From Octopus vulgaris (taxonomy: Eukaryota): DNA of 64,000 nucleotides. Below, in pieces: positions 26,125 through 38,921 of this stretch; the stretch's first letter is position 1, and every line of letters starts with the position of its first letter. The notes beneath the pieces are model-generated. The model was not told the DNA's origin and did not search any database. It saw only the letters and a program-made list of their open reading frames with translations. Location of the stretch: positions 3,224,001 to 3,288,000 of the forward strand of contig OX597827.1 of assembly GCA_951406725.2 (NCBI GenBank), in the 5' to 3' direction. The translations under genes were made by a program, and so were the position numbers.

Positions 26125-26790
26125 GGATGTAGCCAGCCGACTTATGCATACCTTTCTTTCTTTGGACACAAAACTCTGCTTGCGAAGACCTGTTGAGGCA
26201 AGTGAAATCGAAATTGAATTCGAAATTGAACCAAATTCGACGGCTGGCACCCATGGCAACCTCTCTTCATCGGACACAAAACTCTGCTTGTGAAGACCTG
26301 TTGGGGCAAGTGAAATAGAAATTGAATGAAATTCGATGACTGGCACCTATGCCAGTGGAGCGCTGACAGCTCCATCCAAGTAGGATCACTGCCAGAGCGG
26401 CTGTCTGGCTTCTGTGCCGGTGGCACACAAAAACACCATTTGAGTATGATCGTTACCAGCATTGCCTTACTGTCACGTGAACAAAACATTTGAGCGAGGT
26501 CGTTGCCAGTGCCGCTAGACTGACTCCTGTGCAGGTGGCACATAAAAAACACCATTTCGACTGTGGCTGTTTCCAGTACCGCCAGACTGGCCCTCGTTCC
26601 AGTGGCACGTAAGAGCACCCACTACACTCTCAGAGTGGTTGGCATTAGGAAGGGCATTAAGCTGTAGAAACTCTGCCAGATCAGATTGGAGCCTGGCGCA
26701 GCCATCTGGTTTTGCCAGTCCTCAGTCAAATCATCCAACCCATGCTAGCATGGAAAGCGGACGTTAAACGATGATGATGATGATGATGAT
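26125..26790 (+). mobile_element. RTE LINE long 3' UTR with (GAT)n tail
   Basis: GGTGGCAC(A/G)TAAAAA repeats, GGTTGGCATTAGGAAGGGCAT and CCAACCCATGCTAGCATGGAAAGCGGACGTTAAACGATGATG. Confidence 0.88.
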
Positions 26791-27089
26791 ATATACATAC
26801 ACACACATATCCATGCACACAAATAAATAGTACCATACATAAATATACATGCTAACACAATAATATATATACACACATCAACACAGTGAATTCTTGCTTT
26901 CACACACACATACACATACTTAAAAGAACACACAAACGCACAAGCACACACATATACCAGAATACACACACACAAACATAGACTAATGGAAGTCTGTCAA
27001 AAGTATTGGAGGACTATCTTAAATAACTACAATGATTAAATAATCAGAACATTATGGCTGTATAATGATGTTAAGTGACACAGCAGCTC

Positions 27090-27237
27090 AATGCTGGTGG
27101 TGGTGGCAGCGGGGAATAAGAGCAGTGGTGGTGGATGTGAAGGTGGTGGTGGTGCTGGCAGTGATTGCTGTGATGTCAATGGTGGTGGTGGTGGTGATAG
27201 TGGTTGTGGTGGTGGGTGTTGATGACTGTGGTGATGA

Positions 27238-27268
<31 letters not shown>

Positions 27269-27345
27269 ATCAGTGATGGTGGGTGTGATGGTGGTGCTGG
27301 CAGTGATGTCAATGGTGGTGTTGGGTGTTGATGACTGTGGTGATG

Positions 27346-27377
<32 letters not shown>

Positions 27378-27970
27378 GGTGGTATCAGTGATGGTGGGGA
27401 TGGAACGGATCCTGCTGTGATAGTGTACTACTGATGATGATGATGGGGAGAGTGGTAGAAGTGAAGTAGATGATGGTGGAGACAGGGGTGGAGGTGATGT
27501 TAGTGGCAGTGGTGGTGGTGGTACTGGTGATGGTAGTTGTGGCAGTGGTACTACTAGTGATGGTGATATTGATAATGGCAGTGGTGGTTTTGGTGGTAGT
27601 AGTGGTGGAGGTGACAGTGGTGTTCATGATGGTGTCAGTGTGTTTTGCTGACGGTGGTAATGATGGTGGGGGTGGTATTGATGGTGCTGATGGTAACATG
27701 TGAGTGGTATCAATGGTGGTGATTGGGGAGTATAGAAGTGGTGGTGGTGGTGGTGACGAGTGAAGGCGTTGAGGCTGGAGTTGACAGAGGTAGTACCGGT
27801 GGTGGTGGTGGCGGTGGTGGTGGTGATGGAGATGGCGATGGTGGCGACAGCAGCGGCAGCGGCGGTAGTCATGGTGGTGGTGGCGTAGGCGGTCATGGTG
27901 GTGGTGGTGGTGGTGATGGCGGTGGTGGTGGTGGCGGAGTTGGCAGTCATGGTGGTGGTGGTGGTGGAAA
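27090..27970. repeat. (GGT/GAT)n low-complexity block
   Basis: Trinucleotide periodicity, with an internal duplication around 27160-27400. Confidence 0.9.
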
Positions 27971-28299
27971 GTGGGTGAGAGTGGGGAATTGGTGGAACCA
28001 CCACCGAGTTTCTAAGAATTAATCTTTGCAGGACTGCTTTGGCAGTGATGATGAAAGAAAGCATTAAGCTCGTTATTTCATTAAATATCTTGTCATCAAG
28101 CAGAAAAGGTTATCCTTCTATCTTTCTCAGCTTCGATACATCATATATCTATTATCTATTGATCTACATCTGCATTCATATATATATATTATATATTATA
28201 TATACATATACACACACTCATAAGAATGTATGTTTACCCAATATATATATTATATATATAATATGGGATATATATATATATATATATACATGATATATG

Positions 28300-28333
<34 letters not shown>

Positions 28334-28654
28334 GATATATGTTATATATATATGTCATATATATATATATATATATACATGATATATGTTATATATATAT
28401 ATATGATATATATACATCATGTGTATTACACACACACATATATATATTATATATACATATACACACACTCATAAGAATGTATGTTTACTCGGTATATATA
28501 TTATATATATATGTATGTATGTATGTATATATATATCATATGCATTGTATATATGTGTGTATGTATGTGTGTGTGAACACAGTTTCTTTTTTTCTTTTCG
28601 TAGCTTTGTTATCTATCTACCATCTATGTATTTATTTATCTCTGGAGCTCACTG

Positions 28655-28679
28655 CTCTCTCTCTGTCTCTGTCTGTCTG

Positions 28680-28713
<34 letters not shown>

Positions 28714-28851
28714 CCTCTATCTGCCAATCTCTGTGTCTATCAATTTTATCTCTTCTATTATTTGTCATCAGAAATAATATTGGTGTCATTGAACAGAAAA
28801 AAGGTTACACTGATTCTCTTTCCCCACCTCCCACCACTTGCTATGTGTGAG

Positions 28852-28898
<47 letters not shown>

Positions 28899-29690
28899 TT
28901 CTCCAAAACCATTTATGTATAATTTCTTTCAATCAGCCCCCCCCCCCCACCAGCCTTCTCCATGTGACTTATTCTATCTTTCTCTCTCTCTCTTTCTCTC
29001 TCTCTGTTTTCACATTCCTCCTTTGCATTCTGTTGATCTGAACTTATTTCACTCTTTCCCTTCCTTATTCTTGTCCTCTCCTCTCCCCCTCTCCCCGTCT
29101 CTCTCTCCCTCTTCCCCGTCTCTCTCCCCCTCTCCCCGTCTCTCTCTCTCCCTCTCTCCCTCTCTGCTTTAAGTATTTGTCCCATTCTCTCCTTCTCTTT
29201 CACATTTGCTTCCTATTTTTTGGAGCTTATTTCACTCTTCCACTTCTTTCTTTCCTCCACTTGTCTCTCGCCTCCTCCTCCTCCTCTCTCTCTCTCTCCT
29301 CTTCTCCTCTTCCTCCTTCATTATCTCCTGTCTCTCCTCATCTTCTTTACCTCCCCTCATCTCTTCTTCCTCCTTTATCTCCTGTCTCTCTTCATCTTCT
29401 CTCCTGTCTCTCCTCATCTCTTCTCTCCTTTATCGCCTCTCCCTCCTCTTTACCTCCTCTTCTCTCTCTCCTCATCTCCTCTTCCTCCTTTATCTCCTGT
29501 CTCTCCTCATCTTCTCTCCTGTTTCTCCTCATCTCTTCTCTCCTTTATCTCCTCTCCCTCCTCTTTACCTCCTCTTCTCTCTCTCATCTCCTCTTCCTCT
29601 TTATCTCCTGTCTCTCCTCGTCTCTTCTCTCCTTTTTCTCCTCTCCGCCTCCTCCTTCTCCTCTCTCTCTCTCTGTACCCCTCTCATTCA
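28655..29690. repeat. long polypyrimidine (CT-rich) tract with ~115-bp higher-order repeats
   Basis: The unit CCTTTATCTCCTGTCTCTCCTCATCTTCTCTCC recurs several times within 29320-29640. Confidence 0.9.
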
Positions 29691-30444
29691 TTATTTGTCA
29701 TCAGAAGAAATAAAGAAAACATGATGGATGTTGATGTTAAAGATGTGATCAGAAGAGTGCTAGCAATTACAACAATGGCTTTTACAAAGTAAGGATATAT
29801 GACATTTAAAAATATCTCTGGAAAAAAAAAGACACAAAAAAAAAGACACAAAAAAACAACAAAAACAAACAACAAAAACAACAGCAACAAAACGCAACAA
29901 CCAAAAACACAACAAAACCTAAACCTAACCAACATTGTTTTATTGCCATTGAAATGTGAATCATTCCATTTTGATGTGATCATTTGGAATCCGGCATTTT
30001 TCTCGCTTCGTTGCATTTCGCTTGCGTATGATATGATTGCTGGACAGAGCTGCGTTGTAGTGACGTTCAGTAGTTGCCCCATCTGGCATATTAAAGTATT
30101 AAAACTCCGCCCGCCCATATAATTGGGTAGTAGGTGCGTGCGTGCGTGTGTGTGTGGTGGGGAGAGCAAGTGAAGGGTAGTGGATAGTGTCATAGTGTTT
30201 TAATAAAGGTAGTGTTGTTGTTGTTGGTGGTGGTGGTGGTGGTGGTGGTGGTGGTTGGTGGTGGTGGTAGTAGTGGGGGTGGAAGCTGAAACGAAGTCTG
30301 TAAACCATCATCATTTCGTTCGTCTTTATTCACCCGTTCATTCCTTGTGAGTGAGTAAATCAACTCCCTTAGTGATTGTGACAGAGCAGGGCTAATAAAG
30401 GAGTAAGATTTGTCCCCTTGACAGTTTATAGTACCTAATTTGAA

Positions 30445-30812
30445 GGCAATGAAGATGACAACAATGACAAAGATGATGATGATGATGATGACGATAACGA
30501 TGATGATGATGATGATGATGATGACGATGATGACGATGAGGATGATAATGATAATAATGATGATGGTATGATGATGATGATGATGATGATGGTGATGGTG
30601 ATAGTGAGGATGATGGTGTTGGTGATGATGATGATGATGATGCTCATGATCATGATGATAGTGGCCATAATTATGTTCATGGTGATGATGGCGACAATTA
30701 TAATGAAGCTGAAGATTAGGATGTTGATGACAATGATGATGGTGATGATGCTGGACAACAATAATGATGATGGTGATGACAATAATGATGACGATGATGA
30801 TTATGATGATGT
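30445..30812. repeat. (GAT)n low-complexity block
   Basis: Direct reading; similar blocks at 32670-33225, 39340-39710, 52713-53040 and 55695-56290. Confidence 0.9.
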
Positions 30813-31398
30813 TACCTATTCCCAGGTGAGCCCTGATCAAAAGCATTTCAGCTTTGATCACCATCTTGCTGGGGTTTTTTTCAAGAATATATCAAACAGC
30901 ATTATATATGTATGTGTGAGTGATACAGATAATGTAAAACAGTAGGGTGTGATCTGGAGAAAATTCACCTAGCTGCTATTTCTAGCAAGTCGGACAACCA
31001 CATAGGAACACTATGATAATGAAACCCACTCCCAAGAATATTGTACCCAGGGTAGATACTGGCATGGATCCGTGGTTAGGAATCTCATTTTGCAACCACA
31101 TAGTTTCGGGTTCAGTCCCACAGCATGGCAATTTTGAGCAAATGTCTTTTACTATAGGTTTCAGTCGACCCAATGCCTTGTGATTAAATTTGACTGATGG
31201 AAACTATGCTGAAGCCTGTCATATATATGTGTGTGAGTGTGTGAGTGTGTGTGTGTGTAAATATCTGTGTTAGTTCTGTAATGTTTGACATTCATGTAGG
31301 CTTATCTTTTCCTCCTTTACTTGTTTCAGTCATTAGACTGCAACCATGCTGGAGCAAAACCTTGAAGGAATTTTTAGTCAAATGAATCAACTCCAGGA

Positions 31399-31776
31399 CT
31401 TATTACCTCCGCCTCAGCGAAGGCAGCAGTATTGTTTTCAGTCACATTTGTTTGTTTGTTTGTCCATGGACGAGATATCTCAAGAACCATTGGATGGATT
31501 TGGATGAAACTTTCAGAGATGTTTGGCCTCAAGACTGTCACAAACTGATTAAATTTTGGGGCTGTTTTGGTACTGGACAAGGATTCTGGATTATTTTTCC
31601 TGTTATGTTACTTAATTTTTGAGAGCAGACAGGTTCATTTTTTCTATCCTCGTTTGTGAGAGCAATTGAGTTTATTACAGATATTCTAATTTTAAAAATC
31701 CTCTCTGGCTCATCATTGAGAGGACGTTGGTGTTGCCTTGGTGGATGTTTGCACTCTCTGAGTGCTTTTGTTTGTT
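31399..31776 (+). mobile_element. Helentron-associated non-autonomous element (HINE/DINE-like) nested in a minus-strand SINE A (31315-32108)
   Basis: 5' TTATTACCTCCGCC sub-TIR, (GTTT)n, degenerate 3' sub-TIR GGTGGATGT, 3' stem-loop GCACTC-TCT-GAGTGC, T-rich insertion site without TSD. Confidence 0.8.
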
Positions 31777-32528
31777 ATGTTTTTAAGCCTGGTACTTATT
31801 CTATCAGTCTCATCTGCTGAACGACTAAGTTTTGGGGATGTAAGCACAATAACACTCGTCGTCAAGCACTCACGAGAAACACCCTCATACACACACACAC
31901 ACACATACACACACACACACACACACACTCACACACATACACACTCACACGCATGACTGATAGGCTTTCTTCAGTTTCCGTCTACCAGATCCACTCACAA
32001 AGTTGTTATAGTTGAAGACACTTGCCCAGGGTGTCACACAGAGGGACTGAACCTGGAACTATGTGGTTGGGAAGCAAACATTATACTACACAGCCACACC
32101 TGTGCCTGCATTTGTTTATATTCCTTTTGCCAAAAAAGAAAAGTGACCATCAGAATAAGTCCTTTTACTTCAAGTAAGTACTAGGGTCAATTTGATTGAC
32201 TTAAAAAATCCTTCAAAGCAGTTCCCTAATGGCCTGGGGTGGGGGCAGAAAGAAGGAGAGTCTACCACTGAATGACTCTTTTATGGAAGGGATACATTTG
32301 GGTCTGCTGCATGTATAAGCCTGTGATAAGCTTGAGGGTACCAGAAGGGAGTGAGCGGATGCAAACTCAAAGGTTGTCCTGGGTGGTACACGCTCAAGGT
32401 ACATTACTGCAGTGCCCCAGTACTGTCACAATCCAATAACCCAATGATTGAAATAAGTAGAAGAATAAAAGAATTCTCCCTCTCTTTCTCTCACACGCAC
32501 ACACACACTCACTCACACACACAAACAC

Positions 32529-32560
<32 letters not shown>

Positions 32561-33454
32561 TTATATAATGTTGTTTAATAGGTATCCTTCAAAAGACAAG
32601 ATGGTGATTGTAGCTGGAATACCTTCGATCACATGTTTGCTTAATAAGAGCTGATCTAGGATAAACAACAACATCACTGTCATCATCATCATCATCTTCC
32701 TTGTCATCACTGCCAACATAATTGTCATCATTACCATCCACACCATTACCATCATCAGTGTCATTGTCATTATCTTTAACACAATTATCAAACATCATCC
32801 TCATCATCACCATATTCATGGTATTATCATTATCATCATAATCTTTAACATCATCCCCTTCATCATTGTCATCATCAACACCATCATTATAACCATCATC
32901 GTCACCATAATCATCATCAACATTCTCATCATCATCATCATCATCTCAAACATCATTGCTACTATCATCCTTATTGTCATCATTGACATCTTTAAAATCA
33001 TAATTATTATCTTCATCATCATCATCATCATAAACAGCATTATCATCACCATCACTATCACCATGACCATAATCCTTGTCATCACCATCATTATCACCAT
33101 GACAATAATCATCATTATTGTCATTGCATTCATCATTTCCAATATCATTATCATCATTTTCATCTTTGTCATCATCATCAACACTACCACCCCCAGAACC
33201 ATCATCATCATCATCATTACTATCAAGTTAGGTGATATAATTATCAGGAGAGTAAATCCTTCTCCTTTGTTACCTCTGCTCTTTTACCTGCTGCACAAGA
33301 ATTACTGCTATAGCATCACAAAACTTTTGTTTCATCATGTATTGACAAATTAGAAGATGATTTAGAACTGAATTCCAGATTTTTACCAAAGATAATTTGA
33401 AACATTCTGTTCCTTAAATCAACAAAGGAGCCGCTAACATTATTGTAATGGTCC

Positions 33455-33650
33455 AAGGCAGTGAGCAGGCAGGGTCGTAAGCACGCCTAGTGAAATGCTT
33501 AGTGTTATTTTGTCTGTCTTCATGTTCTGAGTTCAAATGCCGCTGGGATCAACTTTGCCTTTCATTCTTTCGGGGTCAATAAATTAAGTACCAGTTACAC
33601 ATTGGTGTCAATCTAATCGACTAGTCCCCTCCTACAAAATTTCAGCCCTT
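33455..33650 (+). mobile_element. SINE family B
   Basis: AAGGCAGTGAGCAGGCAG head and CTTTGCCTTTCATTCTTTCGGGGTCAATAAATTAAGTACCAG core. Confidence 0.85.
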
Positions 33651-33694
33651 TTATAAAGGTACAGTGTAATCTCTAGACACACTTACTTGCACAT

Positions 33695-34455
33695 ATTTCA
33701 GTCATTCAACAGCAATCATGCCAGGGCACTGCCTTAAAGGGTTTAGTCAAAAAAATCTACCCCAGTACTTATTATTTTAAGCCTGGTACTTTATTTATGA
33801 GTCTCTTTTTGCTGAACCACTAAGTTACAGGGATGCAAAAAACCAACACCGGTTATCAAATAGTAAGTGGGATGGGACAAACACAAACACACACACACAC
33901 ACATATACTCATAGATGTATATACATATATACAATAAGCTTCTTTCAGATTCTGTCTATCAAATCCATTCACAAGGCTTTGGTCAACCTGGGACTGTAAT
34001 AGAATATACTTGCCCCAGAATCATGGTGGGGTTGGGAAGAAAATTACTTACTACACAAGTCACACCTGAGTCTATATGTTAAGATAACCAAAAAGAAAGT
34101 GGTTGTGTAGTAAGAAGCTTGCTTCCCAACCACATGGATCTGAGTTCAGTTCCACTACATGGCACTTTGGGCTGGTGTCTTCTACTGTTGCTTTGTACTT
34201 ACCAAAACCTTGTGAGTGGCTTTGGTAGATGGAAACTGTATGTCTGTATGTGTTTTTGTCTGTGTTTGTCCCCCCACCACCTCTTGACAATTGGTGTTAG
34301 TGTGTAACTTAGCAATTCATAAAAGAGAACTATACAATAAGTACTCGGCTATAAAATAAACAAGTCTTGGGGTCAATTTGTTCAATCAAATCTCTTCAGG
34401 GTAGTTTCCCAGATGGCCACAGTCAAATGACTGAAACAAGTAAAAGATAAAAGAT
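33695..34455. mobile_element. two SINE A copies head-to-head
   Basis: 33695-34070 on minus and 34098-34455 on plus, about 30 bp apart. Confidence 0.82.
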
Positions 34456-34765
34456 AATAGATGGTTCTGGCTGGAAAGTTCTAGAGCATAGCTACAGAGT
34501 TATGCATCATCAGAATTGACCTAGGGTTAAACAACAACAACAACAACGGTCGATCTATTTGCTGTGATAAACTGTGAACTTTAACTTCCTTGCCACATGG
34601 TACCTACTTCCTGCTACTAAGACTGAGCTATTGATAGTTAATGTCTTTGCAGGTGAGTTCACTGAAATATGTCAGTTACAGTATCAGGCTGATGTGGATT
34701 CCTGGTGATTCTGAATAGAAAGAAAATCTCTCTCTCTCACTCTCTCTCTCTTTCTTTCTCTTTCA

Positions 34766-34807
<42 letters not shown>

Positions 34808-35294
34808 TGCATGCATGCATATACATACAAGCATACATACAAACATTTATATAAATATATATTATATAGATAGATAGATAGGTAGGTAGGTAGGTAGGTA
34901 GGTAGGTAGGTAGACAGACAGACAGATAGATAGGTAGGTAGGTAGGTAGGTAGGTAGATAGGTAGATAGGTAGATAGATAGATATATGCATATATTTAAC
35001 ACATGTATAGATACAATAAACACATAAACTTATATATATATATATATACATACATATACACATGTATATATAGTTGTGTGTGTGTATGCCTGTTGTATGT
35101 GTAGATGTGTTATATACACATTTTATCATCATAAATAGGAAATGGTGTTTGCATAAACGTTATTATATCCACAATAATATCATGAACAAAGGAGAAGAGA
35201 AGCAGATACCTTTGATGGAGTAAATACTGAACACACAGTATGTAGTGTTTTTGCACCTATCCTTACCTAAGGTCATGAATGTTGTGTAATAAAC

Positions 35295-35920
35295 AAAAGA
35301 GTATGATCAAGAACAGAAGTGGCTGAAATAGGGTTCCTCTGAAGACTCTCTAGAGCAGTGGTTTTCTACCAGGGTTCCGCGGAACCTTAGGGTTCTGCCA
35401 GTACAGTCCAGGGGTTACGCAAGAAGTTACAAAACTGCTAAAATCGGCAGTAATTTTTAAGTCTCCTGTGCAGATATGTGTGCATAAGACTATTAAATTA
35501 TTGCACAGGGGTTCCTCGAGCCAGTGGAATGTTTCCTTGGGGTTCCGCTCCAGCAAAAAGTTTGAAAAGCACTGCTCTAGAGCAATGCCACTTGACAGAG
35601 TGCGTAGCTTGGAGATCAGAAAGCCTCTCCTGGTTCAGTTGCTACTGGTCTGCATTGAGAGATCACAGCTCCAGTTCTACAGATTTGTAATGAGAATATC
35701 AGAGGAAAGAATTTTAAGATGGATTGTTGAAGCCAGGCCAACCAACAAGAAACCTAGGGGTAGACCGAGAACAAAACGGTTGGATAATAGTCACGGTTTC
35801 AGTGGATTACACCTGAGAATTCAGCCAGAAAGCCTACTAATGGTTGATTCAAAGAGGACCCAATGAAGGAGGTGCTTGAGGATTCTAATCTCACAACTCT
35901 CCCAGGAATAGTAGGCAGAG
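35295..35920 (+). mobile_element. RTE (Expander/Rex3-like) ORF C-terminus relic, split by a MITE
   Basis: AEIGFL*RLS|RAMPLDRVRSLEIR..IERSQL..RPTNKKPRGRPRT; the frame is continuous once the MITE and one TSD are removed. Confidence 0.82.
35356..35574. mobile_element. hAT/Charlie-type MITE, 219 bp
   Basis: TIRs CAGTGGTTTTCTACC / GTTTGAAAAGCACTG; perfect 8-bp TSD CTCTAGAG at 35348-35355 and 35575-35582. Confidence 0.95.
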
Positions 35921-36185
35921 AAGATAGATTTGTGAATGGATGGATAGTGTTATAGTTTCAACTTAAAGTAGTTCCTTACTAACTTTTTGATGACCCCTGT
36001 CCTTGAACAATCCCCAGATAGGGGTAGCTAGCGAAACTGATATATCTTCTGATTGGTGTTTATCAACATCCTTTGTTGATTTCTGGTTTGATTTGCACAA
36101 AAGTCTGTGGACCATTGTCTTGTATACAAGACAACCAGAAGTCAACAATAGGTGCAGTCATGGTAGCTCATAGAAAATATATGTA

Positions 36186-36418
36186 GGTGATGAGCTGGCA
36201 GAAATGTCAGCACACCAGGTGAAATGCTTAGTGGTATTTCATCTGTCTTTACGTTCTGAGTTCAAATTCTACCGAAGTCGACTTTGCCTTTCATCTTTTC
36301 GGGATTGATAAATAAAGTACCAGTCATGCAATGGGGTCGATGTAATCGACTTAATCCCTTTGTCTGTCCTTGTTTGTCCTCTCTGTGTTTAGCCCCTTGT
36401 GGGCAATAAAGAAATAAG
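36186..36418 (+). mobile_element. SINE family B, full length with TSD
   Basis: Direct repeat AGAAAATATATGTAGG at 36172-36187 and 36417-36432. Confidence 0.92.
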
Positions 36419-36705
36419 AAAATATATGTAGGCATGGCTGTCTGGTTAAGAAGCTTGCTTCCTAGCCATGTGCTCTGGAGTTCAGTCCCATCACACAGCA
36501 CCTCGAGCAAGTATCTGCTTCTGTAGCCCTTAGCCAACCAAAGTTTTGTAAAACTAAAAGAAGCCTATTGAGAGTGTGTGTGGGTGTGTGTGCTATTGGC
36601 TGGACATCATATGATAGTCGTAAACGATCATCATTGTCCTACAAGGGAAAGTGAGCACCACAGAAATGGTAAATGGCTGACAACTTAAGAAAAAAAAATA
36701 ATATC

Positions 36706-37135
36706 CATCATCATCATCATCATCATCGTTTAACGTCCGTTCTCCATGCTAGCATGGGTTGGACGGTTCGACCGGGGATCTGGGAAGCCAGAAGGCTGCA
36801 CCAGGCTCCAGTCTTATCTGGCAGTGTTTCTACAGCTGGATGCCCTTCCTAATGCCAACCACTCCGTGAGTGTAGTGGGTGCTTTTTATGTGCCACCTGC
36901 ACAGGTGCCAGGCGAGGCTGGCAATGGCCACGGTCGGATTGGTGTATTTTATGTGCCACCGGCACGGAAGCCAGACGAGGCGGTGCTGGCATCGACCACG
37001 AGTCGGATGGTGTTTTTTTACGTACCACCAGACCAGGGATCCTGGCTGGTTCAATTCGATTTCGATTTCGCTTGCCCCAACATGTCTTCGCAAGCAAGGG
37101 GGTTGGCATGGGTGCCTGTCGTACGGTCAGATTGG
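36706..37135 (-). mobile_element. RTE LINE 3' UTR/tail
   Basis: (CAT)n-CGTTTAACGTCCG...GGATGCCCTTCCTAATGCCAACC plus internal repeats. Confidence 0.88.
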
Positions 37136-37139
37136 TGTA

Positions 37140-37826
37140 TTTTACGGCAATATAATAATAATATTCAAAGTGGTTTATACGATTGGAAATGTAATTTCAA
37201 AGTGTTCATGGTGTCACAGAGAGGATCTGGTCAAAGGCATTTCAATTATAAAAAAGGAGGAAAAAATATTTCAAAATAAAGTGAGAAATACAAAAATAAT
37301 CATTATTTTGCATCTTTCTGTTAGTTTTATTTCATTTTGAAAAAATAAAAATTTATTTTATGGTTTATTATTTTTTATATTTTGAATTATATATATATAT
37401 AGGGTCACCAAAATCCTCTAAGTGCTTAGGACCACTATGGGTCTTAAATTGGCCATGACCTTATGTAATGTACTCCTAGATACAGTATACCTAAATGGTT
37501 TATGGCACAAAAGAAATCACTTTAATCTTGCAGAAATAATATTTGAAGTGGTCTATATCATCGGAAATATAATTTCAAAGTGTTCATGGTGTCACAGCAA
37601 GGATCTGATCAAAAACTTTGCAATTTAGAAAAGGAGAAAACTTCCCAGATATAAAAAAAGTGGAAGTAAACAAAAATAAACATTATTTTCTATTTTGATT
37701 GTTAATTTTGATTTATTTTGAAAAAATAAAAGTTTATTTCATTGTTTATATTTTGAATTACATATACATGAGAGCACGAAAATCATTTACGTGCTTAGGG
37801 CCCTTTTGGATCTTATTCCACCCATG
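37140..37826 (+). repeat. diverged tandem pair (~330-370 bp) resembling hAT 3' ends
   Basis: Shared TAATTTCAAAGTGTTCATGGTGTCACAG; both units end GTGCTTAGG...TCTTA..CCATG; DLIKNFAI-like peptide. Confidence 0.65.
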
Positions 37827-38506
37827 GAAACAGGTGATTATTAACAACAGGAAGGGTACTCAGCCATAGAAAATCTTCTTCAAGAAATTCTGACTGACCG
37901 TTTCAAGCATGGAAAAATGGACATTATATGTCACACCTATGTGGAAAAATTTCTATTAACAGAATTGTTGGTTTAATTTTGGTTTTAAATGATGTATTTT
38001 CAAATTAATTTTTGTCAAATTACTTTGACTTTAATATATCATTTTTAAGCCCGTTTTTCACTCAAATCGTGTTACTCTTTTATTTGTTTGTTTCATTGAA
38101 TGTCAAATTTCTATGCAAATGTGATTTAGTGTATCCATCCATAAAAGTCCTGCTTTAATATCTATCTGTCACTGACCCTTACTGGTTTTTCAGGTAAGGG
38201 ATTTTTTTTTTACTCCTGAGGAACTGAAAAGCAGAAATGACAGATGATTTTTTTTGACCGGAAATGTTAAACTTCACTAATTGCAGCTCAGTCACAAACT
38301 ATGATGCCAGAGTCAGCACCTGTACACATAGCTTAGCACAAATAATATGCCTTTTATATTTTGCTTGTTTCAGTCATTGGACTGTGACCAAGCTGGGTAC
38401 ATCAGCATTTGAAATTCAGTTTTCATGCTATCATCAGTGGGTGGACAGTTTAGCAGAATCTACTGAATTTTAAGGCAACATCAAGTTTGATGGGCTTCTG
38501 CACACC

Positions 38507-38921
38507 TTATTTCTTTACTGCCTACAAGGGGCCACACACAGAGGGGACAAACAAGAACAGACAAACAGATTAAGTTGGTTATATCGACCCCATTGTGTAA
38601 CTGGTACTTATTTAATCAAACCCAAAAGGATGAAAGCAAAGTCGACCTCAGAAGAATTTGAACTTAGAATGTAGCAGCAGACAAAATACCTATTTCTTTA
38701 CTACCCACAAGGGGCTAAACAAAGAGGGGACAAACAAGGACAGACAAATGGATTAAGTCGATTACATCGACCCCAATGCGTAACTGGTACTTAATTTATC
38801 GACCCCGAAAAGGATGAAAGGCAAAGTCGACCTCGGCGGAATTTGAACTCAGAACGTAATGGTAGACGAAATACGGCTTTGCATTTCTCCCGGCGTGCTA
38901 ACATTTCTGCCAGCTTGCCAT
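38507..38921 (-). mobile_element. SINE family B with duplicated body, nested in a minus-strand SINE A-like copy
   Basis: One head and two bodies; TSD CTT(C/T)TGCACACCTT at 38495-38508 and 38922-38935. Confidence 0.88.

Noticed and set aside
27065-30945. Long ORFs rich in V/M/I/S/L/H/T, also at 39257-39734 and 58916-60047
   Set aside because: These are translations of trinucleotide, (TA)n and CT/GA tracts, open in several frames with no domain signal.
38172-38199. Recursive-splice-like CTGAC..TTTTTCAG|GTAAG; similar at 34650 and 30824
   Set aside because: A rough composition estimate gives a few such motifs per strand by chance in 64 kb, and there is no host gene or RNA evidence.
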